Below, piece after piece: positions 23,588 to 53,901 of a stretch of 64,000 nucleotides of DNA. This DNA is from the human T2T-CHM13v2.0 reference genome, Homo sapiens. The first letter of the stretch is position 1, and each line of letters opens with the position of its first letter. The position numbers and the translations under genes were made by a program. Location: NCBI RefSeq assembly GCF_009914755.1, contig NC_060947.1; one strand, given 5' to 3'. The notes under the pieces are model-generated. The model made no database searches. It saw only the letters and a list, made by a program, of their open reading frames with translations, and was not told where the DNA came from.

Positions 23588-23939
23588 CTATAGAAAAAAA
23601 AAGAAGAAGAGGAGAAAGGAAACATTGAACATTCAGTCTAAGAATGCTTTAGAGTTCATTTTAGAATCCAAACTGCAGCTGGACTTTTAATATCCTCAAT
23701 TCAGGATGGGAAAGATTAGCACACAAGATGCCAATGAAAGCTGGCGTCACTTGAGACACAAACAAATATCCACCAGATGCTGCCAGCAACACCTTCAGGC
23801 ACTAGTTGTGGAAAATGAATGTGCAAAGGTTATTGGTTCCACAGTATTTTTTTTTTAATTGGCACCCATAAGAAGTATGAAGTGATATTTTTTGTAAAAC
23901 AAACCTCTATGTGTAGGGGCATGGAAACATGGGAACCTC

Positions 23940-25096
23940 TCTGGCCTTATTTTACTGGACCTCCATTTAACAGTATTGATCACTCCCCTCCCCTCTTAAA
24001 ATTCCCTCCTTTCACGAGATTCCTATAGATTCCTTCTGGTTTTCCTCCTCTTCACTGACCATTTCTTCTGTGTTCTTCCTCCCAGAGGACTCAGTCCTAG
24101 GACCTCTTCTCACTCTTTTTAATCTCTCCTCAAGTTTTCCCAGAGCTTCCGCTCCCACCTATGTGCTCATGACTCTCAAATCACTCTCTCCAACCTAGAG
24201 CTGTCCCTCAAGCTCTACTCTAGACCCATATTCCAGCTGCCTTCTGGACATCTCCACTTGAAATCAAATTCAATTCATCCCAAACTAGACTCATTATTTC
24301 CCCTCTAAAAACGTGCTTCTCCATTTGTATGGTACTAAATAACACTACCATCTATTTAGCCACCCAAACTTCAAATCTGAAGAGAATCCTTGACCCCAAC
24401 CTAAATAGGAGTCATCCTTGTCCTTTCTTTTTATGCCCCACCCCCAGGCCAGGCAGTCCCAAGTCCTACTAACTTTATTTCCCAAGTTATAACCACCTTC
24501 TTTCCATCTCTACTACCATTACTGTGGCCCAAGTCACCATCATCTCTGGCCTGGATAACTGCAGCTTCCTACATAAACTGCTCTCCCTACATAAACTCTT
24601 GCCCCTCCAATACACACTCTATATAGCAGCCAGCAATACTGTCTTAAAGCATAAAAGAAATCATGTCACTCCTCTGCTTAAAATTCTTCAGTGGTTTATG
24701 GTCAATTACTTTCAGTAAGGGCGCCAAAATAATTCACTGGGGAAGAAGTCTTTTCAACTGGATATCCATGTGCAAAAGAATGAAATTGGACCCCTACTCA
24801 TACCATACACAAAAATTAACTCAAAATGGATCATAGATCTAAATCTAAGGGCTAAACCTACAAAACTTAGGAAAAAATATAGGTGTAAAAATCTTCATGA
24901 CTTGGATTTGGCAATATCTTAAATATGATGCCGAACACACAAGCAACCAGAGGGGGGGAAGAGATATACAGGGCCGGGTGCGGTGGCTCATGACTGTGAT
25001 CCCAGCACTTTTGGGAGGCCAAGGCAGGAGGATCGCTTGAGGTCAGGAGTTTAAGACTAGCCTGAATAACATAGCGAGACTCTGTCTCTTAAAAAA

Positions 25097-25131
<35 letters not shown>

Positions 25132-25300
25132 ATGGAAAAAAGATATACAGATGGGCACATGAAAAGACTCTCAACATCATTAGTTGTCAGGGAAATGCAA
25201 ACCAAAACCACAAGGAGATACCACTTCCCATTAGGATGGCTATAACCAACAAGTGGGAAAATACCAAGTGTTGGCAAGGTGTGAAAAACTCCCACTATTG
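23940..25300. mobile_element. L2 fragment (~23940-24700) then L1M fragment (~24705-25290) containing a FLAM/Alu monomer (~24972-25132) with (TAAA)n tail
   Basis: L2-type text; L1 ORF2-3' text (gaaattggacccctactcataccatacacaaaaattaactcaaaatgg). Confidence 0.7.
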
Positions 25301-26391
25301 ATGGGAATTATTAAGGGTTCAGAGCTGCTTTGGAAAGCGGTCTTGATCTATGTTCTAGAGCTTGAAGGAAAAAATAACATTCTTAAATTATTAGATTATT
25401 TCCAAGTTCCTGAACTGGTAACCTACCCAGTATCCTGAAACCCCTATGAAACCTGGGGTTCTGTGTAACTCTAGCCAGGCGTCTTTCCCAGAGACTAAAG
25501 TGCTGTCCCTGATCCTTAGCTCTGGGCCAGAGTCCCCACTAATCACACACGCCAGCCTTTTAAATGGCAACTGTGTGCCTAGACTTCTTAGCACCAGCCT
25601 AAAATACTTATTGCTGTGCTCTACCCACCCTCTGGAACCCCCATTTGTCAACCTCTGCCTGAACCACAACGAGAGTTTACAGTATTCCTTGGATATCACT
25701 GCTTTCTGGCTGGGTTAAACCGCTGCTGTGAGCCAAGCTGCCTTCCCCAGTCCCTGGTCCACCCTAGTTAGCAGGTCTGTCTAACAACTGCATCTCAGCT
25801 CTTCCTTTCCCCTCAGTCTATTCCACCAATTAAGTTGGACCTAGGATGGTATTCTTTCCCTACAATGGAATCAGGAGGAAAAATAAATGCTTTTAATAGC
25901 ACTGCCCTGGATATCTGATTATTTGCAAGACTAGAATGCTTTTTACAATGCAGTTTGATTTAGCCACTTAACTTCTAATCACTTCCATTTTTCAGGGCTT
26001 GGAGGGAAAACATGTCCTTTTTATTGCTAATGTAATGATTTATCCATCTATAGCACACAGGATCCCTAATGATCTGGATAACTTAGCTAACACTTCATGG
26101 GCTCAAGTATTTTTCCAGAATTGCTCCCCTATTTTCCTTGAACATAGGCAGGGAGAAGCCAGGCCTGCTTGGGAGCCAAGAGGACAGGGAGGAGTAACCA
26201 GTTCAGGACAAAGAACCATAACCCTCAAGCAAGAGAACAAGGAGAAGAATAGTGCTAGAGTATGGGGTGAAATGTCAGTTTTTAATTCCATAGGAATGGA
26301 CAATAAAAACAAAAATTTTATGTTTAAATGGTTTTACCTGAAATTATATGACTAGAGCATGTTTCTCTTTAAGGATTATTTTAAAGGACAT

Positions 26392-27843
<1,452 letters not shown>

Positions 27844-28048
27844 AATGTGAAGAGACAGAGAACTGAATGCAAAGACCCTAACTCAATAAAACTTTGTTTT
27901 CTTCACATGCAAAACAATCAGAAATGCTCTTTGTTTTGTAATCTGGCCACCAGCCACTAGGCCCATATAGGGGTGGAGGAGCCTAGACCTGCTAATCTCG
28001 GCGCATGTGAGTGGGGTTATTGCTGTCCTCTCAACAAGAACCCAGTTT

Positions 28049-28811
<763 letters not shown>

Positions 28812-29269
28812 GTTTCCCTATACTGATCCAGCTCCTGGAGTATCTGCTCCCTGACATGTCTCTATGTCCAGTCCCCTTGTCAAGATGCATGTAGATGCAT
28901 TAGACACAACAGATGTCTTTTGATTCTCCATCAAAATCAATAAAACATAAAACATTTGGATAACATAAAAATTGCAGGTGACCTGAATGCCAGTATTGAA
29001 AACAGGTCCATTTAAAGCCCAAGTCATGGCAGAGTAGGCTAGGAGGATTCCTTCCTTTTGGCTTCACTTTCAGGGATGGTCATTTTAATTAAGGTGGGGA
29101 TCATTTTAAAATCACATATAAACACAAACAATATTATTAAATAGTGATTTCTGACATAAATTAGGGAAAAATGTGGTTCACATTTCAGTCAAACAATATT
29201 TAATAATTAGCTTTTCCCTGCTTAGCGCCATTTATAAGACAGGCATTTAAGAGTCAAAAAAACAAACAA

Positions 29270-30480
<1,211 letters not shown>

Positions 30481-30924
30481 AGACTAAAAAGACTGCTTTG
30501 CCAATAGACTGCTGCCTATCAATTTGAAGGCATACAAAAAGCAAGATTCATAACACGCTGCGATTTGGCTTCTTACCTAGCACTCTAATGTAACTGTTCT
30601 CACCAAGGACACCAACCTCCATATTGCCAAACTCCATGGACAGTTCTTAGTCTTTATCTTTCTGGACCTTTCTGCTGTGCTTAAAACCACTGATAACTAC
30701 ATCCCTCCTGAAGTTTTCCCTCCCGCTTGGGTTCAGTGGCATACAACCCTTCTCCTAGATTTCTTCTACCTCACTAACCATTCAAGATGCTCAGTCTGCA
30801 TCTTGAATTCCTCTCCATCCACATATCCCCTATAAAATGTTGGCATTTCTGGGGATCTTTTTGTTGTCAATGTCCTTCTGATTCTATGTACATTTCCCAG
30901 AAGATTTTATCCACGGGAGTGCCC

Positions 30925-31295
30925 TGTACTAGGTTAAATAGAGTCCTCCAAAATTTCATGTCAACCTGGAGCCCGTGAATGTGACCAGGACATTGCAGAT
31001 GTTATTGATTTAAGATGAGATCATACTGGATTAGGGTAGGCCCTAACCTCATATGACTAGTTTACTTATAAGAGGTAAACTGAGACACCGAGACATAGAG
31101 AGGAGAATGCCACATGAAGATGGAGGCAGAGAATGGAGTGACGCATCTACAAGCCAAAAAGCTCCTAGGATTGCCAGTACCACCATAAACTAGGAGAGAG
31201 GCTTGGAACAGATTATTTCTCAGTCTCCAAAAAGAAACCAACCCTGCTGACACCTTGATTTCAGACTTCTAGTTTCCATAACTGTGACAGAATGT
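30925..31295 (+). mobile_element. MLT1-type (MaLR) LTR
   Basis: aagatgagatcatactggattagggtaggccc...gaagatggaggcagaga...ccaaccctgctgacaccttgatttcagacttc. Confidence 0.75.
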
Positions 31296-31299
31296 CTAG

Positions 31300-35030
<3,731 letters not shown>

Positions 35031-35236
35031 AGTTTTTAGGCATGTTAAATCTGATATGTCTATTATCAAGCAGAGATGTCAACCAAGCAATCACATATAG
35101 GAGTATGGAGTTCAAGAGGTCAGGACTAAAGATAAAAAATGTAATAATCATCAAAGAAATGCAAATTAAAACCACATTGAAATATCACCTCATTCCTGTT
35201 AGAGTTTCTATTATCAAAAAGATGAAAGATAAGTGT

Positions 35237-35772
35237 TGACAGAGCAGGAGCATCGGCATCTTGGACAGGCCCCTCATTCAGCGGGAGCATCGGCATCTTG
35301 GACAAGCCCCACATTCTAAAGTTCACCTTAATAAAAAACCACCTAAATCTAAAGGGCATCAGCCTAATGGCTAAGGTCAGCATGACCATAAACCACAATT
35401 AACATCTCCAACCAGAAACATTCCAAACTCCTCCCTGACCAGAGACATGCTAGCCCCAAGATAACCCCCCTCTGGCCAGGAGGATGCCAGCCTTGAGATA
35501 ACACCCCTCTGGCCGGAAAGATGTCTGCCCCAAGATAACCTCCCCTCCTCCCAGAGAGATTCCAACCCCGCCATAAAACTTCTCCCTCACACAGAAACAT
35601 TCTAAGCTTGTGATAAGCCCCCTCACCCTAAAACCAATATATACTGTTAGTCTGTAAGAGAAAGCACTCCTGACCAAAATTGGCCAGAAACCCCTCTCAG
35701 GTTTTATCTAAAGTAAACCTGCCTCTAACTGTCAAGCATTTGTGTTTCTTTTCTCTTTCTTTAACTCTTATA
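35237..35772 (+). mobile_element. Proviral 5' LTR
   Basis: TGACAGAGCAGG...CTCTTATA; 35420-35772 aligns to 45139-45493. Confidence 0.92.
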
Positions 35773-35774
35773 TT

Positions 35775-35792
35775 TGGTGCCGAAATCTGGAA
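35775..35792 (+). promoter_or_regulatory. Primer-binding site for tRNA-Phe
   Basis: TGGTGCCGAAATCTGGAA versus TGGTGCCGAAACCCGGGA (15/18), just after the LTR. Confidence 0.85.
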
Positions 35793-36395
35793 CAGGTGCT
35801 GGGGGCAGAGGCTCTCTTGCAACCCAGGAAGCAGTGGGCAACGGCAGCTCATCATAAGTTAATTCCTGGATCCTGAGGGTCTCTGGTCACCTGCCCCGTC
35901 TTTTCTCTCACTTCATTTTTGGAGCGATTTGCATGAGGACAACTAACCTGAAGGGGACTGCAAGGCTCTGGCCGGGGCTACTCCCCAACAAGTCTTTAAA
36001 CCTTCAGATCTTGGGAATCCACCTCCAACTTCCCACAATGGGTATTTTGCCCTCTCCCCTCCTCCTCCCTTCTCTCTTTCTCTCTTCCTCATGTGGCTCT
36101 GGTTTAAGGGGCCCTTTGCCAATTCCAACTGGAACATCCAACATTGGACACTAATCCAGCCAACTGCTAAGATCTGCCCTCCTCTGGCTTTCTCACGGTA
36201 CCAGGAAAAGTTAGGTCTGCCATCCCGGTCCTCAGAGGACCAGCAGGACTAAAAAGCTAGAAGAAATCTTGGGGATGCCCAGTTTTCATCTCAGCTTGAC
36301 CGTCCTCTTTAGAAAGAGGACGCCGGGTCTCTGTCTTTCATCTGGGGATGCCTAGAACAAAAACAGACACCCTCGGCTTCTTCTCACCAGTCCAC

Positions 36396-38945
<2,550 letters not shown>

Positions 38946-41900
38946 GGTGCCTGGAATCCTTCACCCCCACATCCAGTGAGTCCATGGAACCCAGGGTAAT
39001 TGGGACGGTATCCAGTAAGATTATTTCCTTTCTCCTGGATACTGGGGCGAGCCTATCAGTATTAACTGAATATCAAGGCCCACTAGAATGTTCATAATTT
39101 TCTGTTGTTGGCATGAAGGACATACAAGAACTTCCATACAAAACACTGCCTCTATACTGCTCATTTCAGGGAGTCACTCTCACTCACTCTTTCTTGGTCA
39201 TTCCTCATTGTCCCACTCCTTTACTAGGAAGGGACATCCTACACAAACTAGGGGGAATCATTCATTCATCGGCCCTACATCAAAGCCACCCTTACTTATT
39301 ATTATGTCAAGAAAAAAACCCCTCCTCAGACACTCCACATCAAATAGACTTAAAACCCAAATTCCTGGCTCATGCCTGTAATCACAGCACTTTGGGAGGC
39401 CGAGGCAGGCGGATCACCTGAGTTTGGGAGCTTGAGACCAGCCTGACCAACATGGAGAAACCCTGTCTCTACTAAAAATGCAAAATTAACTGGGCGTGGT
39501 GGTGCATGCCTATAATCCCAGCTACTCGGAGGCTGAGGCAAGAGAATTGCTTGAATCCGGGAGGTGGAGGTTGCGGCAAGCCAAGATCACGCCATTGTAC
39601 TCCAGCCTGGGCAACAAGAGCAAAACTCTGTCTCAAAACAAACAAACAAACAAAAAACACCCAAATCCCTCAGCCAGGTAAATCCTATAGTATGGAACAC
39701 TGACTCCCCCATAATAGCTACCCACCATTCTCTAATTCAAATCTCACTAAAGGATCCTAAGCGCTACACAGTGGTCCCACAATATCACCTCAACCCTAAT
39801 GGATTACAGGGACTCAAGCCCATCATCTACTGACTTTTGGCTGCCAATATTTTAATCCCCACCCATTCTCCCCATAATACTCCTATTCTCCCAATCAAAA
39901 AACCAGATGGCTCCTATAGACTGGTTCAGGATTTGTGATAAATCAACTCCACTGTTGTTCCTGTTTATCCTATTGTTCCCAAACCCCTACACCCTCCTAT
40001 TGCAAATTCCTCCCAACACTAGCCATTTCTCAGTATTGGACCTCAAAGATGCTTTTTTTACTATTCCTCTACATCCCTCCTCTCAAAACCTTTTTGCTTT
40101 CACTTAGACCGACCCTGACATAGGCTACTCCCAACAACTTACCTGGACTGTCCTCCCCCAGGGGTTTAGGGACAGCCCTCACTATTTCGGTCAGGCACTT
40201 CAATTAGACCTCTCCCAGCTACATCTACAACCTAGCATCTTGCTTCAGTACATGGATGATTTACTTCTTTGCAGCCCCTCTCTAGAACATTGTATTCAAC
40301 ACACCACCAGGCTTTTACATTTTTTGTCTGAATGCAGGTACCAGGTGTCCAAAAAGAAGGCCCAATTAACCTCTCCAAAAGTCTCATACCTAGGATTAAT
40401 GATAACTCCAAATACTTGAGAAATTCTGCCAGCATGAAAGCAAAGCATTCAACAAATCCCTTTTCCTAAAACAAAAAGGGACTTACTTTCTTTCCTCGGA
40501 TTAGTGGAATATTTCTGATTATGGATAGCAAATTTTGCCATTATCACTAAACCCCTTTATGAACACACAAAAGGCAATCTTGACCAACCACTCACTCCCA
40601 CTCCAGCCCTTTATCATGCTTTCTCTCACCAAAAACGTGCCTTATTACAGGCCCCTGCTCTAGGCCTTCCAAACCCCCTGAGATCCTTTCATCTATATTT
40701 ACACAGTTCTCATAATCAGGCCCTTGGACTATTAGCCCAACCCATGGGAGACTCCCTCCAACTGGTAACATATTTTTCAAAACAACTAGACCCCATTTAC
40801 AAAGGTTGGCCCCTTTGCTTAAAAATTTTGGTCACAGCCCCTCTAATTATCCCTGAGGCACAAAAACTCACATTCTACAAACCCCTTCAGGTATTTTCTT
40901 TTCACAGTCTGCAAAATATACTCAGCCATAAGGCGCTAAGCTCCATCTCATCCTCCTGCATGCAGGCCTTACATTCACCTCTCCTTCAACACTCTATCTC
41001 TCTTCATAGATGCTCCCCCCTTAATCCTGCCACTCTTTTGCCTTCAGGACCAATTTTAGACACTGACCAACACTCATGCTTGAATTTAATTGAAAGTTCT
41101 CTCACCATGTTCTACCCCCTTACTTCCACTCACATAAAGCAAGCCCCAGATTGGTTTATAGATGGCAGTGCATCAGAAAACCCTTCCCTCCAAGCAGGGT
41201 ATGCTATCATTGAGGGATATCATGATGATACCCACCTAGAAGAGTCGTAGAGGCTGCCCCCTTGCCTTTGGGCATATCCTCCCAACAAGCAGATTTATTT
41301 GCCCTAATAAGAGCACTAACCCTAGCAAAAAGTACACAAGTTAACATATACACCGATTCTAAATATGCCTATAACACCATCCATTCCAATGCCCAAATTT
41401 GGAGCGAGCGGGGCTATGTCACGGCTAAGGGATTTCCTATCATTAATGGAAAACTCATCACTTACTAAAGGCAGCTTTACTTCCAGAAAAGGTTGCAGTT
41501 ATCCATTGCAAAGGACATCAATCAGATAAAAACCACATTCCAATAGGAAACCGTGAGGCTGAGTATTGGGCAAAACAAGCCTCAACCAACCATCCAATCC
41601 CCCAATACCTATTAAGCCTCATACAACATATCCCCTCCTTTTATCCAGAACACCAAATACAGCAACTAATCACAGCGGGGGCACAAGTCAAACCCCCATA
41701 CTGCTTTGTACAAAACAAATTAGTCCCATCTGACCCTGAAGAAACTGCTCTTTTATAGGACATTCACAACCTCTTCCATACTAGCCATTCCCCTTGACAA
41801 CATTTCTTAAGCTCCCATATACACATAACCCCAGATATAAAGGAACAGCTAAAGGCCATTTCCCATCAATGTTCTACTTGCCAAAAGGCTTCACCCTACT

Positions 41901-42634
41901 CCAACACTAAATCCCTTTCTTTCCCAACCCATCAAGCCAGGGGACACCTTCCAGGACAGGACTGGCAAATTGATTTTACCCATATGCCCCCAGTTAAAAA
42001 GGTTCGGTTTCTTCCAGTTCTCATCAATACCTTTTCAGGATGGGTCGAGGCTTTTCCCACAACCAACAAATGGGCTTCTACTGTCACCTCCAAATTAATA
42101 ATGGAAATCATACCCAGGTTCAGGGTGCCTCTTTCTTTTCAATCCGACAATGGTCCTGAATTCATCTCTCAAATTACTCAACACTTGCACCAGCTCTACA
42201 TATCACCTGGAAGCTATATATCCTCTATCGACCTCAATCTTCAGGAAAGGTTGGAAAAATGAATGGCATTCTAAAAACCACCCTCACCAGGTACTCACTC
42301 CAAACTCTTAAAGACTGGGTTACACTTTTGCCTTTGGCCCTTCTAAAAATTTGGGCATTCCCACATAAACCCTTAATGCTCAGCCCCTTTGAACTCATGT
42401 ATGGGAAACCACTGGCCCCTTTTGTTCCACCTCAGGGTCAAACACCACCTCTACCAACTCCCCTTGTTTCCCCTCTTCTGTATATTATCCGCCATTTCAT
42501 TTGGGAATATGCTGACAAATACCTGCCACAACCCATCACTGACTCCTCTAATCCCTTCCTATAGCCAGAAGACTGGGTTCTCATAAAAGATCCCAGTCCT
42601 ACCCCCAATTCCCCCCTCACACCTAAATGGAAGG

Positions 42635-43223
42635 TGTAAAAAGTAAAGTAGAGGTTCCTCTTCAAAGACTTTCCTCCCCACCTAATTAGGAATAAATAGT
42701 AACTTCTCTTAGAAGCAAAATTTATTCAAAGACCTGTGCTAACATCCTTAAATATCGGCCAGCCGTAATAAAGAAATCAATGTACTTTATGTTCTTAGCT
42801 CCTACAATTTAGCCTAAATATTTGCCCTGGCATGCTTATACTAGTCCAAGCAAACATTAGGTCATAGCCTGTTCCTCTTCCTTATTTGAAGGTGTTTTTA
42901 CCTTTCTCAGCATTCCACAAGTTACTTCCTCCTTCCTTTGTTCTCCTCTGTCTTTGCCTCTTTTAAAAAGTTCTAAGTTGCTAGCCAATCGGGACAAATA
43001 CAGAATGTGAGGTCCCGTTCCAGCCAATGGAAACTGGACACAGCAGTAGGGTGGAAGCGTCAGTTTATAAATGACCCTGTCTCCTTTGTTCGGTGTACTC
43101 TCATGGCAAAACTGCTGGCGAGGGTGCTCTTTCTGCAGAAAGTAAAAATGGCCTTGCTGAGGAAATTAATTTTATGTTCAAGTGCTATTTCTTTATGGCA
43201 CCAGGGAACAAACATTTCTAACA
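42635..43223 (+). mobile_element. LTR10-family (HERV-I; LTR10C-like) solo LTR inserted in the integrase GPY motif
   Basis: TGTAAAAAGTAAAGTAGAGGTTCCTCTTCAAAG...TTTCTAACA; 4-bp TSD AAGG; its removal restores AAA TGG AAG GGA CCT TAC (KWKGPY). Confidence 0.88.
42828..42847. promoter_or_regulatory. p53 response-element-like site within LTR10
   Basis: TGGCATGCTT ATACTAGTCC: two RRRCWWGYYY half-sites with no spacer, both CWWG cores intact, one flank mismatch each. Confidence 0.55.
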
Positions 43224-43452
43224 AAGGGACCTTACCAAATCATTCTTACCATACCCACAGCAGCAAAACTCCAGGGACTCCCCAACTGGTTTCATTATAC
43301 TTCTCTCAAGAAAACAGACTTCCCTTTGCCACATACCCAAACAACCAAATCCAAAACCCCTTCAGCCTTCTCTTGTGTCTCCACAGGACCCACTTCCCTT
43401 TGCCTCACCCGAATCTTGGAAGAAAAGGAAGAGAAATTCACCTAAACCACTT

Positions 43453-45084
<1,632 letters not shown>

Positions 45085-45138
45085 TAAGAATAAAGGATTG
45101 ATCAGGCTATTTGAAGAGCAACCTCATCATATCCCACA
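45085..45138 (-). mobile_element. 5' terminus remnant of a second LTR10-like element
   Basis: The - strand reads TGTGGGATATGATGAGGTTGCTCTTCAAATAG..., sharing GAGGTTnCTCTTCAAA with the start of the 42635 LTR. Confidence 0.6.
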
Positions 45139-45493
45139 ATTCCAAACTCCTCCCCAACCAGAGACATGCTAGCCCCAAGATAACCCCCCTCTGGCCAGGA
45201 AGATGGCAGCCTTGAGATAACCCGCCTTGGCTGGAAAGATGTCTGCCCCAAGATAACCTCCTCTCCTCCCAGAGACATTCCAACCCTGCCATAAAACCTC
45301 TCCCTCACACAGAAACATTCCAAGCTTGTGATAAGCCCCCTCACCCTAAAACCAATATATACTCTTAGTCTGTAAGAGAAAGCACTCCTGACCAAAAATC
45401 GGCCAGAAGCCCCTCTCAGGTTTTATCTGAAGTAAACCTGCCTTTAACTGTTGAGCTGCATTTTGTTTCTTTCCTCTTTCTTTAACTCTTACA
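45139..45493 (+). mobile_element. Proviral 3' LTR, 5' part missing
   Basis: Matches 35420-35772; ends CTCTTACA followed by the TSD. Confidence 0.92.
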
Positions 45494-45568
45494 AGTGTTG
45501 GCAAGGATGTGGAGAAAAGGGAACGCTTGTATACTGTTGGTACTATTATAAATTAGCATGGACATTCT

Positions 45569-49072
<3,504 letters not shown>

Positions 49073-49958
49073 TCATATCTGGGGATTTAAATTATCTTAG
49101 AAGATATGAGGAGGAATATCAACAGAATCTGAAGCAGCAGTCAGTGAAGTAAGAAGAAAATCCGGAGAGCAAGGGCTCCTTGGAAGACTAATGAATCATG
49201 TGTTTCATGGAGAAGTGATTAACTTCGTCAAGTACTACTGGTCGAGGTAGATGAAGATTGAGAATTGACTGTTGGATTTAGTTATATGAATGTCATTGGT
49301 GACTTTGATAAAAGCAGTTTGTGTAAAGTGATGGGGTGAAAACCTGATTGGGACGAGTTCAACAGAAGTTAGGAGAAAAGAAATAGGAAATGACAAGTGT
49401 AGACAATGATATGACACCTGGAATTTTGCTGTAAAGGAAAGAGAAGAAATGGAGCAATAACTGGAAATGAAAATAGGATCAAGAGAGGATTTTTTTTTTT
49501 AACAATGAAAGAATTGGTGGGCTGAAGTCCTTATACCAGTGAGTGACAAGGGATGAGATCTTTTGCACAAATGGAGGGGTTGTGCCTTAGCTAGAAGCAT
49601 GGAGAGTTCATCCATACTAACAGGACAGAAGGCAAAGAACACAGAGGGAATAATGCTGGGAAGTAGGTTGATATGGAAGAAGCTTCTGGAAACTGTCTTC
49701 TGATTGCTTCTATCAACCCAGTGAAATTGGAAGCAAGAGAGATGAGGGTGAGATGTTGAGGGTCTGAAAAGCAAGAAGGTATGAAACAGGCATCTAGTAC
49801 AATGGATGAGTGAATACATTAGAGAAATGTACTATGATTGCCAGGCAGCATGAAGGGCCTGCTTGACATCGATATTGATGGATTTCAAGTAAGACCAGTC
49901 ACATGATTGTTTCTTCAACCATGTTCATCTGAGAGGGCCAGAGTTGGATTTAGCAAAA

Positions 49959-50776
<818 letters not shown>

Positions 50777-51073
50777 CGAAGGCTATGGTCTTGCCAAGCC
50801 AGTATAATTAAGTGTGAAAGAGAAAAAAAATAAGTTAAAGTTGTATACAAGGAAGCCTCCACAATTATTGACTCTGAACTTCAAACTATGTAAGGAGAGA
50901 AGTGAGAACCTGAGGGGTGTGCAACAGTGAAAAGATGGAATCAATGAACTATAGGTCCCAACAATATCAAACATTTGTTGGAACTGGTATTCTAGAGGGA
51001 GTAAGGTAGAAGATGGAGAGTAGAATGCTTGAACGGTGGTGTAATAATGTAAGTGTAATAAAAAGTCTGATTC

Positions 51074-53140
<2,067 letters not shown>

Positions 53141-53745
53141 AAAATTTAAATTCTCATCCCAACATTACCACGCCCCCCACCCTTAGCCAACTGGTGAATG
53201 TTTACTCATTTTTCAACGCCTAGCTCAAATGTCTCCTCTTGCCACGCCATCCCTTAGCTGACCACCCTTGTAGTTGGCCATTCCCTCTTTTATGCCAACA
53301 CTGTGCCCTGCACGTACATTATACCTCTTACAGCACTTATCAAACCTAGTAATTATTGCTTTACAGATCCGTTTCCACTACTAGATTACAAACAATTTGG
53401 GGGCGGGGACCTTGTTTTACTCATCTCTGTATCCCCTAGACTTAGGGCTTGATAAGCTGAAAAGAATCAAGAAGGGCTTGATTAATTAAGGCTCCTCTGG
53501 CTTTTAAGGAGACCATACTGGAGGGTCATTTGCCCAAAAGAAGAGGCATCGGGGTCTCCTCAGGTTTTAGAAATCTGGTCAAACATCCAGAGCTGACTCC
53601 CACACCCTACTGCGAGAAGAGCGCGAGCGCGCGTCTCAAAAGGCTCCGCCTCAACAGTTCGGGTCCCCAGGAGGATCCGGGGGCCACCCCACCTCCACCC
53701 TGGGCCAGGTCGGTTAGCTAGACCCGCCCAGCGGTCCAGACATAC

Positions 53746-53813
53746 CTTAGGTAATGAGCAGCCTGCTCTGGGCTCAAGGCCTCGGCTTCCGGAAACCTTC
53801 GGGATGCCTCCAT
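53746..53813 (-). CDS. ERCC6L: ERCC6L coding exon 1
   Basis: ATG (cat 53811-13) encodes MEASRRFPEAEALSPEQAAHYL plus AG; donor AG|GTATG; phase 2 joins the exon-2 A to make Arg. Confidence 0.95.
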
Positions 53814-53845
53814 GACCCTCGGATTGGGTTCCAGTTACCCCGGCG

Positions 53846-53901
53846 GGAGTTTGGAGTTTGGAGCTTGGAGCTTGGAGCTTGGAGCTTAGAGTTTGGAGCT
53901 T
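53846..53901. repeat. Heptamer tandem repeat (GGAGYTT) x8
   Basis: ggagttt ggagttt ggagctt ggagctt ggagctt ggagctt agagttt ggagctt. Confidence 0.95.

Larger units (their letters stand above)
38946..43445 (+). pseudogene. ERV pro-pol (protease, RT, RNase H, integrase), multiply disrupted; Alu at ~39366-39657 and LTR10 at 42635-43223
   Basis: LLDTGAS (~39032), LDLKDAFF, LPQGFRDSP, QYMDDLL (~40246), WFIDGS, DWQIDFTHMP, SDNGPEF, WKGPY; no ORF over 168 aa. Confidence 0.92.

Noticed and set aside
23588-23625. ORF-track N-terminus MFPFSSSSFFFY of the 1240-aa ORF
   Set aside because: This is the intron polypyrimidine tract read in frame; the real start is in exon 1 at 53813
43375-43386. ORF-track start of the 500-aa env ORF
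   Set aside because: It is a GTG inside the splice-acceptor tract; the first in-frame ATG is at 43453
53846-53901. Tandem repeats as a CRISPR-like array
   Set aside because: Eukaryotic DNA, no unique spacers and no cas genes; the same applies to the 31550 and 35243 duplications
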